A DNA stretch of 63,918 bases, counting the filler, from Moniliella sp. 'wahieum' (lineage: Eukaryota): NCBI GenBank assembly GCA_003971905.1. It is 3 parts of 3 records of this genome, joined end to end, with 100 filler letters (N's around TTAATTAATTAA, not from the genome) between each part and the next. Parts side by side here need not be neighbours in the genome. Positions count along the whole stretch, not along the records: positions 1 to 25,362 come from RSEE01000190.1; 2 more parts are not named here. One strand, written 5' to 3'. Shown in pieces: positions 12,026 to 23,663 of this stretch. The notes under the pieces are model-generated. The model did not search any database and was not told the DNA's origin. It worked only from the letters and a program-made list of their open reading frames with translations. The translations under genes were made by a program, and so were the position numbers. How positions within the stretch are numbered: the first letter of the stretch is position 1; each line of letters opens with the position of its first letter.

Positions 12026-15000
12026 TTAAGACGACCCAGGCCTACGCGCGGAGACAGGGCACATGCACCCCCCCCGCCTCCCCCCTCCGCCGCACCACTC
12101 CCACCCTCTGCCGTACGAGCGGACGCCTCTTGCCCCGCACCCCCCCGGCGTTCCAGCTAGGCACGCTACCTGCTGCGCCGGTCCAAAAAGGCGGGAGGAA
12201 GGGAGGTTGTGTCCCATGCGCAGCATGTGCGTGCGGCGTAGCGTGCGCGGGTACGCCCCCCGCCCCACCGGAAGAGGAAGGTGTAGTGAGCCAAGCAGGT
12301 CCGGGTCCCGCTTGGTGCGGCCCCTGTGGGGCAGAGGCCGAGGCCGACGTAGACGTAGATGGGCCAGGAACGTTCGAAGGAGTTGAGCCCGTACCCGTAC
12401 CTGTGCCCGTTCCCGAGCCTGTGCCGGGGCCGGGACGATTAGGTCCACTAGGGCCGGCGGTAGGTGTGGGTGTAGATGTGCGGTTGGCGTTGGCGGCGGT
12501 GGACGTGGAGGCGGGGTTGGGGTTAGATGTGGGTGTAGGTGTAGGTGTGGAGGTAGGTGGCGGATGGGGGTGGACGCTGATGCTGCCCCAGGAGCAGGGG
12601 CGGGGGTGGGAGTGGCATGAGCATGGGCCGGATGCGGGTTAGGGCTCGGGTGGGTGGTGATCCCCGGGTGCATCCAGGGGGACTGGACGTGAGCGTAACC
12701 TGTTGGGAGTGGAGTTGTCCCCGGAGCCGATCCTGAGCCTGGGACGCCCACGCCGACCCCTATGCCCGGTACAGGTGCGCCTGCTCCGGCGCCGCGGGCT
12801 AGAGCTGCGGGCCCAGCGAACGGCGCGATGGACGGTCCCAATGCGCCCATACCAGCCCCTGCACCCGCACCAGCGGGCATACCTGGGCCCATACCTCCCA
12901 TGCCCATACCGCCCATACCTGCTCCCATACCCATACCGCCCATACCGCCCATACCTCCCATGCCCATACCGCCCATGCCCATCCCCATGCCCATACCTGG
13001 TGCGCCCGGAAAGCCTAGGGCGGGGCAAGTTGCTATGGGGCAACGGCATGACGGACCAAGGGTACGCAGGATCGTACAGCGCCGCCAAGACCGAGACGGA
13101 ATTGAACACGTCCCCTGGTGATCCGGCAGGGGGCATGTGCGGTGCCGGTGGCGTCCAGGTAGAGGGTGCGGGCGCCGCTCCAGAGCCCGAACGTCCAGGC
13201 AGGATGCTAGGTGCGGCAGCTGGGGCTGAGGGAGGGTAGGATCAGGTCGTTGGACCGAAGGCGATTGGGTCGTCGCGTGGTGCGCAGCTTGACCCTGACC
13301 TGGAGCTTGACCCTGACCCTGACCCTGACCCTGAGCCTGAGCTTGACCCTGGGCCTGGGCCTGAGCGTGGACGTGCGAAGGCGGAGGTTGTTGTTGTCCA
13401 CTAGCGCGGAGGAATTGCATCAACAAGTCCATCCCGCTACCCGATGGTGCCAGTCCGTCCCCGCCGGCGGTCGCGACGGGGGGGAAAGAAGACGCCGAGG
13501 AAGTCGAGGAGGGCAAGCCGCCCGGGCCAGCCAAGTTGATGGGAGGGTAAGACGTGGGTGCGGCTCCAGCACCCGCTCCAGCACCGGAACCAGTACCTGT
13601 ACCACTCCCGCTCCCGTTCGTGCCACCTGGGAACCCGCTCTGGGAAGAAGATGATGAAGATGAGGGACCTCGAGCGCCGGAGGCTGTGGTGCCCATGCCG
13701 CCTCCGGTCGATCCAAAGGACATTTCCGACTCGTACCCTGCCGGAGGGGCGGATCGGAGCGGGGCACTATTAGCCTGGCCCGTACCTGACCCATCCTGAT
13801 TGGCCATCGTAGTATCGATAGTAGCCAACGTCGAGCTGCGGGACAAACCTGAAGTGGGTGCGCCCATACCGAGGCCCGTGCGGCCCTGCGATCGCGGTCG
13901 TGGTCGCGGAGGCGAATGCGATAGCGCACGAGTCTGCACCGTAGCTCCGCTGGTGCTACTGCCGCGCTCGTGGGTGGCACTGGAGGAGCTATGCACGTCG
14001 GTTGTACGAGCGCGTTTGGGACGGGGCGAGGTACGCTCCGTGTCGTAGTCAGTTGCTTTGCGCGTGGTGCTGGTGGAGGTTGTGGGTGCGGGAGCGCCAG
14101 TGCGCGGTTTGGACGATGGTGCGACGGAGCCAGAGACCGAGCCGGATACTGAACCGGTCCCGGACCCCGCTGACGGAGAGTGGTCCGGTGCAGTGTTGGT
14201 GGTATTGTTGGCAGATGCGGAGGCAGGTGCCGCAGTGGCCGAGGAGGCCGATGCGCCCGGATCGGGATTGTACCGTGCAATGAGTCGGTCGGCACTTTCG
14301 GGCAAGCCTTCGGGGGCAAGTCGGACTGGGCACGCAGTTGCTGCAACAGTTCCGAAGGGGTTTTGCCTGGCCAAGTGTGCCATGCGCGGGTCACGGTACG
14401 TTCCGAAGTGGAGGCCAACAAGACTTCAATATCGTTCATCTCAGCTTCGCTAAATCCATGGCCCAAGACGTTGGTCACGCCCCCGGCAAAGGTGCCGAGG
14501 GTAGCGACCACGTCACGGATCTGGTTGTTTTCCAACATGAGTTGGTGGAGCATGTAACGCAAGTGCATCACTTCGTCATTTTGTTCCACCGCCAATTGCT
14601 CTACTACCGAAGTTTCGAGCGCTTTGATGTACTCTTGTTTGCGCTGACGGAATTCGCGTTGGGCAATACGGTTTTGGGCTTTGCGGCCGCCGCCAGTGCC
14701 GTTCCGGGCGCGGAATCGAGATCGGGCGTGTCCAGGTCGTCCAGCTCGTCGTCGCCGAGCGACGGGCGGGAGAGGGCAGACTTGGGATGGGACTTTTTCG
14801 TGCGCGCCGTACTGGCTTTCTTGGCGGCCGAGCTGGCGGCCGGACGGGCTTGGGGTGGACTTGCCAGGCGCAGCTGCCGGAGCGGGGGCGGACGCAGAAG
14901 CGGAAGCGGGGCAGCAGGAGCAGGAGCAGTGGCCGGGGCAGAGGTGGAGGGGGAGGCAGAGGTGGTGGGGGTATCGTCGGCGTCGCTGGTGGGGCTGACG

Positions 15001-15078
15001 GGCGGGTGGACTGGGTGGCCGGTGGCCTGCTGGAGGGCAGCGAGCCAGGGGGTGCCGGGGGCAGGGGGCGCTGGCCAT
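12026..15078 (-). CDS. bZIP transcription factor (YAP/AP-1-like) with a long low-complexity C-terminus; frameshifted in this assembly
   Basis: Basic region RKAQNRIAQREFRQRKQEYIKALE plus a leucine-zipper-like heptad at about 14500-14690 (ORF 13420..15078). It continues in ORF 12026..14383 and further frames with Q/G, GM and HP repeats. Ends are approximate. Confidence 0.8.
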
Positions 15079-15324
15079 GGCTACGCGAGGGAAGGGGGGT
15101 GGGGCGATGGGGATGCTGGTGATGGTGGTGTGGGGATGGGGATGGGGTGGGGACGGTGGTGGTGGTGGGAGTGGTGGTGGTGATGGGAGTGGTGGTGGTG
15201 ATGGCGGGCGCTGATGGCGGGCGGAGGAGGAAGGCTGAATGCAGCGTGCTGAGCCTCAGCTCAGCGGGCCGAGCTGAGTCCTCATCGATCGTCTGCCAGG
15301 GGGGGGACGGGTGACGGGCGACGG

Positions 15325-17798
15325 GTGAGGGGCGGAATGGCAGCGCATGGGTTCCGCCCTGCCGCTGGGGCTTGCAGTGCGGGGTTAGTACTTGTGCCAC
15401 TGGCCATCGAGCGCTTCCGGTCCTGGATCCGCCTCGACGACCGGGTTCGCTTTGAGGTGGACAGCGTCGCGTTGGTGGCAATTGTGCGGCACCCCAGCGA
15501 CGACCACTTGGCTCGTATCGGATGAAGGTGGGCGAGATGGGCGTGAAAGATGGGCAAATTGTGCATGTGCCTGGCGTGGATACTGCGGTTGCCGACTGGG
15601 GCAGCCGTGTCCCGCTCCGGATCCCACCGAGTCCCTCGACTCGGAGGGTTCCGAGCCGCCACCGCCTGCGACCGTCTCGCCCGCCTTGGTCTCTCGCCTC
15701 CGGCACTGGGATCGTCGCAGCGCGGCAACCAGCGTCGCTTTCCTTGGCCTCCTCGCCCGCCCGCCGCCATGGCCCCTGCAATTGAAATTCCGTCCGCACC
15801 TGAAATTGAAACTCCGTCCGTACCCGTTGAATGCGCGCCCCGCGCGCTGAGTCCTCCTCCCTTTCCACTCCCCCCTATCCGTTCGCCGGCGTCATTGAGT
15901 CCTCGGGCCCCCTTCCGGGGCGGTTGCGCGACCTGCCTGTCGTCACCCTCGATGAGCAGCGCCGCGACCCGGTTTTGGCCCTGCATATTGACGTGCTGGA
16001 GCGCCTTGCGCAGCATGGCGAGCTGGACGGCTCCGTTTACCCCAAGGGTATGATCGTTCACACCGCCGCGCGGTACCAACTTCTCGATGACCTCCTCTGG
16101 TGGCGCGACTATGCTGTCGGTGGCAAGGATGATCGATCGTCTACTCGCTCCATCCCGGTGCACTTGGTCCTGGCGATCCCGTCCCACCTGGAGAACGCGT
16201 ACATGCGTTTTCTACCACGAGGCATTCTTCCATCCGCGTGGAGCTCGTTTCGATCACCTGTTGCGCAGTCGCTGCCACTTTGAGCACATGTTTACGAAAG
16301 CTCGCGAGTTTGTTCGATGCTGCGAGGTGTGCCTCCATCGCCCGCCGCGTCGCTCCGTCGCTGGTCTCGGCCACAGGGAGTGGGCCGATGTTGGCTGCCA
16401 CCTGTATCTCGATTTCGGACATCTTGGTGACCTCGTCCCTGACGGGCCCGATCGGAATTTCCTGGTCATCAGGGACCAAGCTTCTGGGTTCATTGCTGCG
16501 GCTCTCGTTCCGGACATGAAGTCTGGATCGGTCATCGAGGCCTTGTACTACACCTGGATCAAGCCGTTCGGCCCTCCTCGGAAGATCACAATGGACAACG
16601 CCACCAGCTTCACCCCCCCCGAGTTGCAGCGTTTCTTCCAGTCGTGCGGCATTACCCCGGTCTATTCCACGCCATACAATCCTGGCGCCAATATGGCTGA
16701 AACTGCGGTGAAGAAGGTAAAGGACGGCATGCGCGCTGCGATCTTGTCCCAGATGTTGGACACGTCCTCCCCGCACCCCGGGTGGGTATCGACTTGCTTC
16801 TCGCCGGCGTTTGCTCCGCCTGGAACGGCTCCTTTTCTGCCCATTCCCATGTGTGCCGGAGGAGATCTTCTTTGGCCGTCGCCTTGTGCACCCCGCTGAC
16901 CCACTCCAGCCCATGCCGCCCCGCACGAGTGTGACGCGCGGCGCAGAAGGTGACCCGCCTGACCCCGAAGCGCAGCCTTTCTTTGACGAGTCGTCGCGCT
17001 ATCCAGTCTTCCCACCTCACACACTGGTTCGCGTGGTCGCCCCCAAGGCTAGTCCGGCTGGCAAGAACCTCTTCACTGTCTCTGGCCCGTACCGCGTGGT
17101 GGCTCGTCTTAGCGAGGCCAATTACTGTCTGGCTCACTTGAATGGCCATCCACTTGAGCGGCCTGTTCACTGCCGATCCATGTTCGCGTATTATGGTCCC
17201 ATGCCGTCTGCCTTCGAAAGTTCCGCCTGTCGCGATCCCATCTTCACGTGGGCCCTTCCCGCGGTGGCTCCACGCCATGGCCCGGCGGCTCCCCACGCTG
17301 CCCCTGCAGAAGATGACCTGGACGATGAATCGCCTCCTCCGTCGCTCCCGGGTTCTTGGCCATCTTAACTCTTTCTCCCTATCTGACTGCCTGGAATGTT
17401 TTGACTCTGTTTCTCTCTCTTCTTTGCTTGACCTGCCGTTCTCGCTCGTTGGCGGGGTGTTGTCACCGGGATCACCGGCCGGCGGGGTTGGGGAGTTGCG
17501 TTTGTGTTGGGGCGGCCGATTGTTCTCCGGTGTTCTGGTTGGCGGGGCTTGAGGCTTGAGGTTGATGGGATATAACGAGCTCAACGGCATCCGTTGCTTG
17601 TCTCCTTTCCCCCCACCTTTTGGCTTCAATTGCCCCCTGACTCCTACCCGGCTTCGTGCCATCTCGACTCCTCACCTAACTCGCTGCTTCCCTCTCTGCC
17701 CCTCGCCTTGATCCCCGGTGCTTCTCTCTGCCACAGACCGTAGTTTGTCGCCAGTCCGATTGCTCGGCCAACGCAACACCACGTTGGAAGGGGGGGGG
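15325..17798 (+). mobile_element. Ty3/gypsy-type pol fragment: RNase H C-terminal part, linker and integrase (HHCC, DDE, GPY/F), then a polypurine tract; no gag/PR/RT or LTR pair seen
   Basis: RNH-like motifs LAIERFRSWI..VDSVAL..LAR and IVHVPGVDTAVADWGSR (about 15400-15610). Linker EQRRDPVL / YQLLDDLLWW / LAIPSHL. Integrase HEAFFH...CEVC, LYLDF, ITMDNA, YNPGANMAETAV. GPYRVV..NYCL at about 17080-17130. GGAAGGGGGGGGG at 17786-17798. Confidence 0.85.
16205..17368 (+). CDS. Retroviral-type (rve) integrase with HHCC zinc finger and GPY/F C-terminal module
   Basis: ORFs 16087..16899 and 16811..17368 joined by one frameshift; the D,D-E residues appear intact. Confidence 0.85.
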
Positions 17799-18069
17799 TT
17801 ATGCAGGTTATGCTACGTGTAAGAGTGTTGCAGTGTCAGAGGGTTACCTATGAGTCTGAATGGGTGAGGCTGAGGCTGTGAGACTGAGGCTGGGAAGAAG
17901 CATCCGGTGGGCTGTGCGAAGGAATGGAATGGAATCGAGTTATCTGCTGAGCCTAAGCTGCTCGCTCAGACGAGCGCACGCGAGTTGTCCGTCGCATTGT
18001 CGGGGCGCAGCAGTTCTCTGTGGGAGTAAACAAAAGCAGGTATCCGTCAGTCACTAGTCCAACCCCACA

Positions 18070-20531
18070 TCACATCCCCCCCCCACATTCACACATACTG
18101 CAACAAAACACAAAGTCGAGCCCGACGTCACGCAGCTGGAGCGCAGCCTGGGTGGACATTTTGATCGCGTGCTTTGCGGCGGACCGATCAGCGGCTCCAC
18201 CGGCATACACTTGACGGCGCACGGTTTCCGCATACTCGGCCACCTGGGCCGCGGCCCACTTGACGAACCCCGAGGCCATGCGCGCCTCGCGGAACGCATG
18301 GAAGTAGTACTCTGCGCCGTGCCGGAGCGCGGTGAACGTAACCAAGGCCAACTCGGCCACGTACGCTGCGGCGTCGCCGTCGGGCCGGATGAGGCGCGTG
18401 CGTTTGCGCAGTGTGCTCGTGCGGCCATGGAGGAACGCACAGCGTGCCGCTTCGGCATGCTCGGCTCCAAGTGCCGTAAGGTGTTTGACCAGACCTGCCA
18501 TTTCGCTTCGCTTCGACCCGGCCGACGCGATCCGCAGCGCAGCTACCAGCGCTTGCGATACCGCTCGGCCCTGCACACCCACCCACGACCGAAGGTCGAG
18601 CGAAACGAGCGTCGGCTTGCCTGACGCTGCACTTTCCAAGCGCGCCACCGCCGTCCGACCACGCTGCACAAGTCCCACCGCCTCGTCCCACGAGCGCAGT
18701 GCGATCGCCACGATCAGCTGGTCCGACCAGTCGGTGATCAGGTCGTGCGCCGTCAGCGCCTTGCGGCCAGTCGACCCAGCAGGCGTAGTAGTAGTCGTCG
18801 TAGTGGTGGTAGTGGATCCCGTGGCAGCAGGCAAGGGGAGCACGTCGCGCAATACAGCACAACATCACCGCTTCCGTTTGCGCGGCGGCACGAGGGTCAG
18901 AGGGGTCGAAAGGGTGCGGGTGCTGGTGCTGGTGTCGTGCAGTCGAGGCGATACGTTGAGCGACCTGACGAAACGCATTCAACAAGTCTTTTGGCTGCTG
19001 CCGATCGTGCCGCATACACATACGTTTCTTTTCGCCTGCGAATCCGGATGGCATGTGCCACCTCTGGTCCGTCCCGTAGGTCAATCACGACAATGTCCGC
19101 CAGGGCAAAGCACCGATCCGCACGAAGCACAGCCTGTGTCGTCCCACCCAGAGTGGTTGCGCCTCCTGCGCCTACACCTGCTGCTGCGCCTGCGGACCCT
19201 GGAGTTGCGGTGCTAGATCCCGCCGGGGTGGGGAGCAACATGCTCATCCGTTGACTTCGTCTGCGATCTTCCTCTTCCCCCCCCCCCGACGAGCGGGGTG
19301 GCAATCAACAAGCGGTCGTCAAGCAGGACGAGGTGACAGGCTGGATAGGACGGTAGGTAGCAATGTTAAGTTGGACCCACCCTGGCGCATCGGCCACCAC
19401 ATGACGATCTTCCCCGAGTGGGACTAACTTTTCCGCGCCCGAGACGGACGCCCACAGAGCGCGGATCTGCGCCTCCCACAACGAAGCCAAGTCCGACACG
19501 CCGGCTCCAGCGCCAGTGCTGCTCCGCCACCTGCGGCGCCAGGGAGCAAGCTGATGCGGCGCGAGGCGCGTCGGGCGGCCGTGCGCGGCGCGTCCAACGC
19601 CCCTGTACAGCGAGGTAGGCCAGATCGTCATCGGCAAACGCGAGTGAGGTAGCAGACAAGAGCGGAGAGCGCGAGAAGTGGCAGAAGCGGAAGCTGCTTC
19701 GGCAGCGGCAGCAGCAGCGGACGCACTGGCATGTTGTTGTGCGTGTTTGAGCGTGGCTGGGATGGAAGCCCATTCGCGAAGGGTATGTTTCAGTTCGATC
19801 ATATCGTTTTCCAACTGCGCCACTTCTTTCGAGATCCAAATAAAGTCTTGGTAGTTGGCACACACTTCTTTCTTGAGTTCCTCGCCTGCGCGCGCTTTGA
19901 CCCCAACCAAGGTCTCCTTTGCTCGGTTGGACCGGAGGCCGCCACCCGCTACGCCCGACACCGCTCGCAAGTACGCTTGCGGCTCAAACTTGTCTGATGA
20001 AAAGTACGCCCACTCGGCGTCGGCCGCCACAGCTTCCTCCTCTGCACTTGTCAGCCGTCCCCCTGACCGCGCAGCGACAAACGCCAAGGCATCATCGCGT
20101 TCGTGCGCCTCGCCCAAGCCCAACCCCACTGCGGCTGCACCCATTCCCGCGGCTGCTCCTGCGGCAGATGCTGGCCCACCGCCCATACCCATACCCATAC
20201 CCATACCCATGCCCGCCGCGGCTGCAGCTCCAGCATCCGCTGCGGGAGCGTGGGCCAAGGACGACGGTAACGTGGGCACGGGCGGTGCAGGTGCAAACAC
20301 AGCTGCGCCAGGGGGTAGCGCTTAGACAAGCGTTTCTTGACATTGGATGAGCTGGCGGAGCTGGCGGCGGTGTGTGGGGGTGGGCGCGGGACGGGTGGGC
20401 AGAGGGGTGGGAAGAGGAGTGGGCGGACGCGTAGGCTGAGGAGCCAGGGATGGAGGGGGGTCTTGGTGGTACACGTCTGGGGCCGCGTGCGCAGGGCGCG
20501 TCATGCGTTTGCGCTGCCGCTCGTCGGCCAT
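18070..20531 (-). CDS. EXO84: Exocyst complex component Exo84 (frameshifted in assembly)
   Basis: KKRLSKRY motif; Vps51-like FSSDKFEPQAYL...VCANYQDFIWISKEVAQLENDMIELK; PH-like LWASVSGAEKLVP..RHVV..WVQLNIATYRP; C-terminal DWSDQLIVAIALRSWDEAV...YVAELALVTFTALRH...ASGFVKWA...LRDVGLDF. ATG at 20531. Confidence 0.88.
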
Positions 20532-20694
20532 GCTTCTGATGGGTGTGTGTGGTGGATGTGGATGTGGTGGTGTGGAGATGGAGGTGGGGGTGGGGGTGGA
20601 GATGGAGGTGAGACGGAGGTGGAGACGGAGGTGGAGATGGCGGCGAGATGGAGGCGGAGATGGTGGAGGTGGTGGGGTGGAGGCGGCGGGGCGC

Positions 20695-20818
20695 CACGTG
20701 GGCGCGGGGCAGGCAGGAGCCAGCGCAGCGGGTTGGGTTGCGGATGCGGATGCCGTGCTGACGTACGTGCGTTTCCAATGTTCAAGTAATCCAACGCTCA
20801 GTGGGCCCGTCACGTGAC
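20695..20818. promoter_or_regulatory. E-box elements (CACGTG, GTCACGTGAC) in the divergent EXO84 / cyclin L intergenic region
   Basis: CACGTG at 20695-20700 and the palindrome GTCACGTGAC at 20809-20818 lie within a 356-bp head-to-head gap. Function is inferred only. Confidence 0.3.
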
Positions 20819-20887
20819 ACGACGGTACATCTGACGGCGACCGACCCACCCACTCCGCCCAGTCCGTGCCTCCCGGCGACGGTGCGG

Positions 20888-22669
20888 ATGCTGCTGAGCC
20901 CGCTGGCGCCGGCGCCGGCGTACGCGCACACGCCCTCGGGGTTGGACGGCATCCCCCCGGCGCTCGAGGCAGAGGTACGTGTGTACGCTTGCCGTCTGAT
21001 CCAAGCGGCAGCCATGGCGCTGCACCAGTCGCAGCGCGCGGCAGCACTGGCCCAGATCCTATTCCAGCGCTTCTTTGCCGTCTCGTCGCTGCGCAGCTTC
21101 AGCGTTGCCCCCACGGCGGCGGCTGCGCTCCTGCTCGCATCCAAGCTCGACGACTCCAGTGCGCACACGTGACCTCCTCCATGTGTTCCACTTTGCCCTC
21201 CAGCGCGATGCGCATCGCGCCCGCCTCACCCCGGGCCCACGCGATCGGCACCCTCGCTTCGCTCCGTACGCGTGCGCGTGGGGTGCGCGTGATGCTGGTG
21301 TCCACCACGCCACGCGTCCCACACGTCCCACACGCTCCCCCTGTCCGCCCGCCCCAGGCCCAGTCCACCGACTCGGACACCGCTTTCATCTGGTCCCCAC
21401 CGCGGTGCGCCGAGGGCGCGTACGTGGCGCAACAGGAAGAGGTGGTGGTGGCGGAGATGCAGTTGCTCAAGCGGCTTGGGTTCCGGACGGACGTCACGTT
21501 GCCCTACAACACGCTGGCTACGTACCTCCAACTCTTGGGGCTTACCGATGCCCAACGCTTCCCCCGGCGCAGCGCAGATGGCTTGGGCCGTGGTGAATGA
21601 TGCGTATGTCGCCTCCCTTTTCTTCTCTTCTGTTTTGTTCTTTGGTTTTAAGTACCCTTTCTCCTACCTTGCCTCTCCCTCGCTTTGCTTCGCCTCACTT
21701 TGCATTGCTTTGCTTGGCCTCACTCGCCTGGGTACACCTTTCCTTTCCTTTCCTTTCCTTTCCTTTCCTTTTCCTTTCCTTTCCTTTCCTTTCCTTTCCT
21801 TTCCTTTCCTTTCCTTTCCTTCCTTTCCTTTCCTTTTCCTTTCCTTTCCTTTCCTTTCCTTTCCTTTCCTTTCTTTCTTTCCTTTTCCTTTCCTTTCCTT
21901 TCCTTTCCTTTCCTTTCTTTCCTTTCCTTTCCTTTCCTTTCCTTTCCTTTTTCCTTTCCTTTCCTTTCCTTTCCTTTCCTTTCCTTTCCTTTCCTTTTCC
22001 TTTCCTTTCCTTTCCTTTTCCTTTCTTCTTTCGCGCTCCCTGACGCAGATTACAAACCCCCGTTTACTGCCTCTTCCGCGCCCACCCATCGCCGTGCTGC
22101 ATCTACTTGACTGCACTCTACCCGCCACCTGGATGTCCTGCCCCGACCCTATCTCCGACCCTACCCCTGACCCTGCCAGCGTGCCTACCGCGTCCCCTTC
22201 CCCCACGACGCCAATACCCACACCGTCACCGTCACCGCCGATGCACTGCCCCCGCCCACGCCGCCACCGCCACTACCGCCGTGCCGAAGCCGGCGCTGGT
22301 CGCGCACCCACGCCCGAGCGCCGACGACAAATTGGCTTACCGTACCACCCTGCACCGTGGTTCGCGCTCCTGGACGTGGACGAGGGGGAACTACGTACGA
22401 TCTTTGCCCATCTGTTGTACCTCTACGATTCTCACCCGCTCCTTTGCCTCCTCGCCCTCCCATCCCCGTCCCGGTGCCCTCTCCGCTCACGCACCCGGCC
22501 CAGCTTCCCTCTGCTCACACCCACACCCACGCCCACACGCAAAGGCTCGGAGATCGATCGAGAGCGGGACAGGGACGGGGAAGGGACATCGCGCAGCCCA
22601 CGCACTAGCTTCCTCTCGCACGGCGTCGTGCGCCCTACGCGAGCGCGACAGCGACAGCGGCAGCGATAG
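20888..22669 (+). CDS. Cyclin L-like transcriptional cyclin; one intron at about 21604-22048; frameshifted
   Basis: TPSGLDGIPPALEAEVRVYACRLIQAAA..L...Q.AAALAQILFQRFF, LLLASKL, AEMQLLKRLGF..DVTLPY..L.TYLQLLGL, AQMAWAVVNDA|LQTPVYCLF, PWFALLDVDE. Intron GTATGT...CTGACGCAG. Confidence 0.85.
21737..22031. repeat. (TTTCC)n microsatellite inside the cyclin L intron
   Basis: About 295 bp of pure pyrimidine TTTCC tract. Confidence 0.97.
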
Positions 22670-23663
22670 CGATAGCGAACCGCGATGTCCGACCCGGTCC
22701 AGCTCAGTCCACCACAACACAACCACAAACCAACCCCACGGTCTCAGCCTCGGCCCAGGCTCAGCCCCAGGCTCAGCTCCAGCGCAACACAAGCGCAAGG
22801 TAGCGGCACCAGGTTGGATGTGGGCGCGGTTCGGGTTGGAGCGATAATGAGGACTCGGACGAAGGGGTAGCGCTGGACCGGTGGGCGCGGTTGGCGGCTC
22901 AGTACGGTTTGGCCAGTCGCGTGCGGGACGAGTGGGGCGGTATGGTGACGTTTTGCCCAAGATCGCGCGGTGGTGGTGGAGTATGCGGCGCTGGTGGCTG
23001 CCTGCCTGATGTTTCCGACTTAGGTTCCGACGGAGGGTGCGACGAGCCGTTGGTTCGGCGGGGGGTTCGGCGTTGGGGTTGGCTTGAGGGAGACCGGCAA
23101 GTAGTACCGGCTGTTCCTCCGTATGACCCTGTACATGTACCTCCGCCTCCTACTTTCCCACTTTTTACTTTCCTTGCTTGGCTCTTTCGCCTCGCCAGCT
23201 CCCCCCCATCTGTTTCCTCTCTCTTCTTCAGGGCCCCGACCCCGACAGAGAAGAGAGCGGGAGGCCTCGAGCCTGGCGATGCGTGACGAAGGACGAAGAC
23301 TGGAGGACGGAGGGTGAACGTGGAACTAGGCCGATCCAACCACATGTTGCAAGTCGATCCAAAAGGGCGAGGCAGACCAGTCAGGCAGATAGTCAGCCTG
23401 ACTGAATTGCTCTGAATTGCTCTGAATTGCACTGATTGCACTGAATTGCCTGCTAGTTTGCATTGTCGTTTTCTCTCCCTTTTGGTGGGACAACCAAGCA
23501 ACCAACCAGAGACAGAGATAAGTTTTAAGGAGTCGGCGGTGGCGGAGAGAGCGCACGGATCAGAGTGGCCCCAATCCTTGCGATCGCCTTCGGACGGGGG
23601 TAACCCTAGCACTGCCCCCCGGCTGGCCATGTGGTTGTGGGTTGTGCGCTTGAGCGTCATACC

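Noticed and set aside
11120..12642. Long ORFs with KERKG, FPFLS, RP, LV and WS repeats (also 21476-22221)
   Set aside because: They are stop-free translations of microsatellites.
17799..18050. 3' LTR after the polypurine tract
   Set aside because: No matching upstream copy and no clear TG...CA boundaries could be identified.
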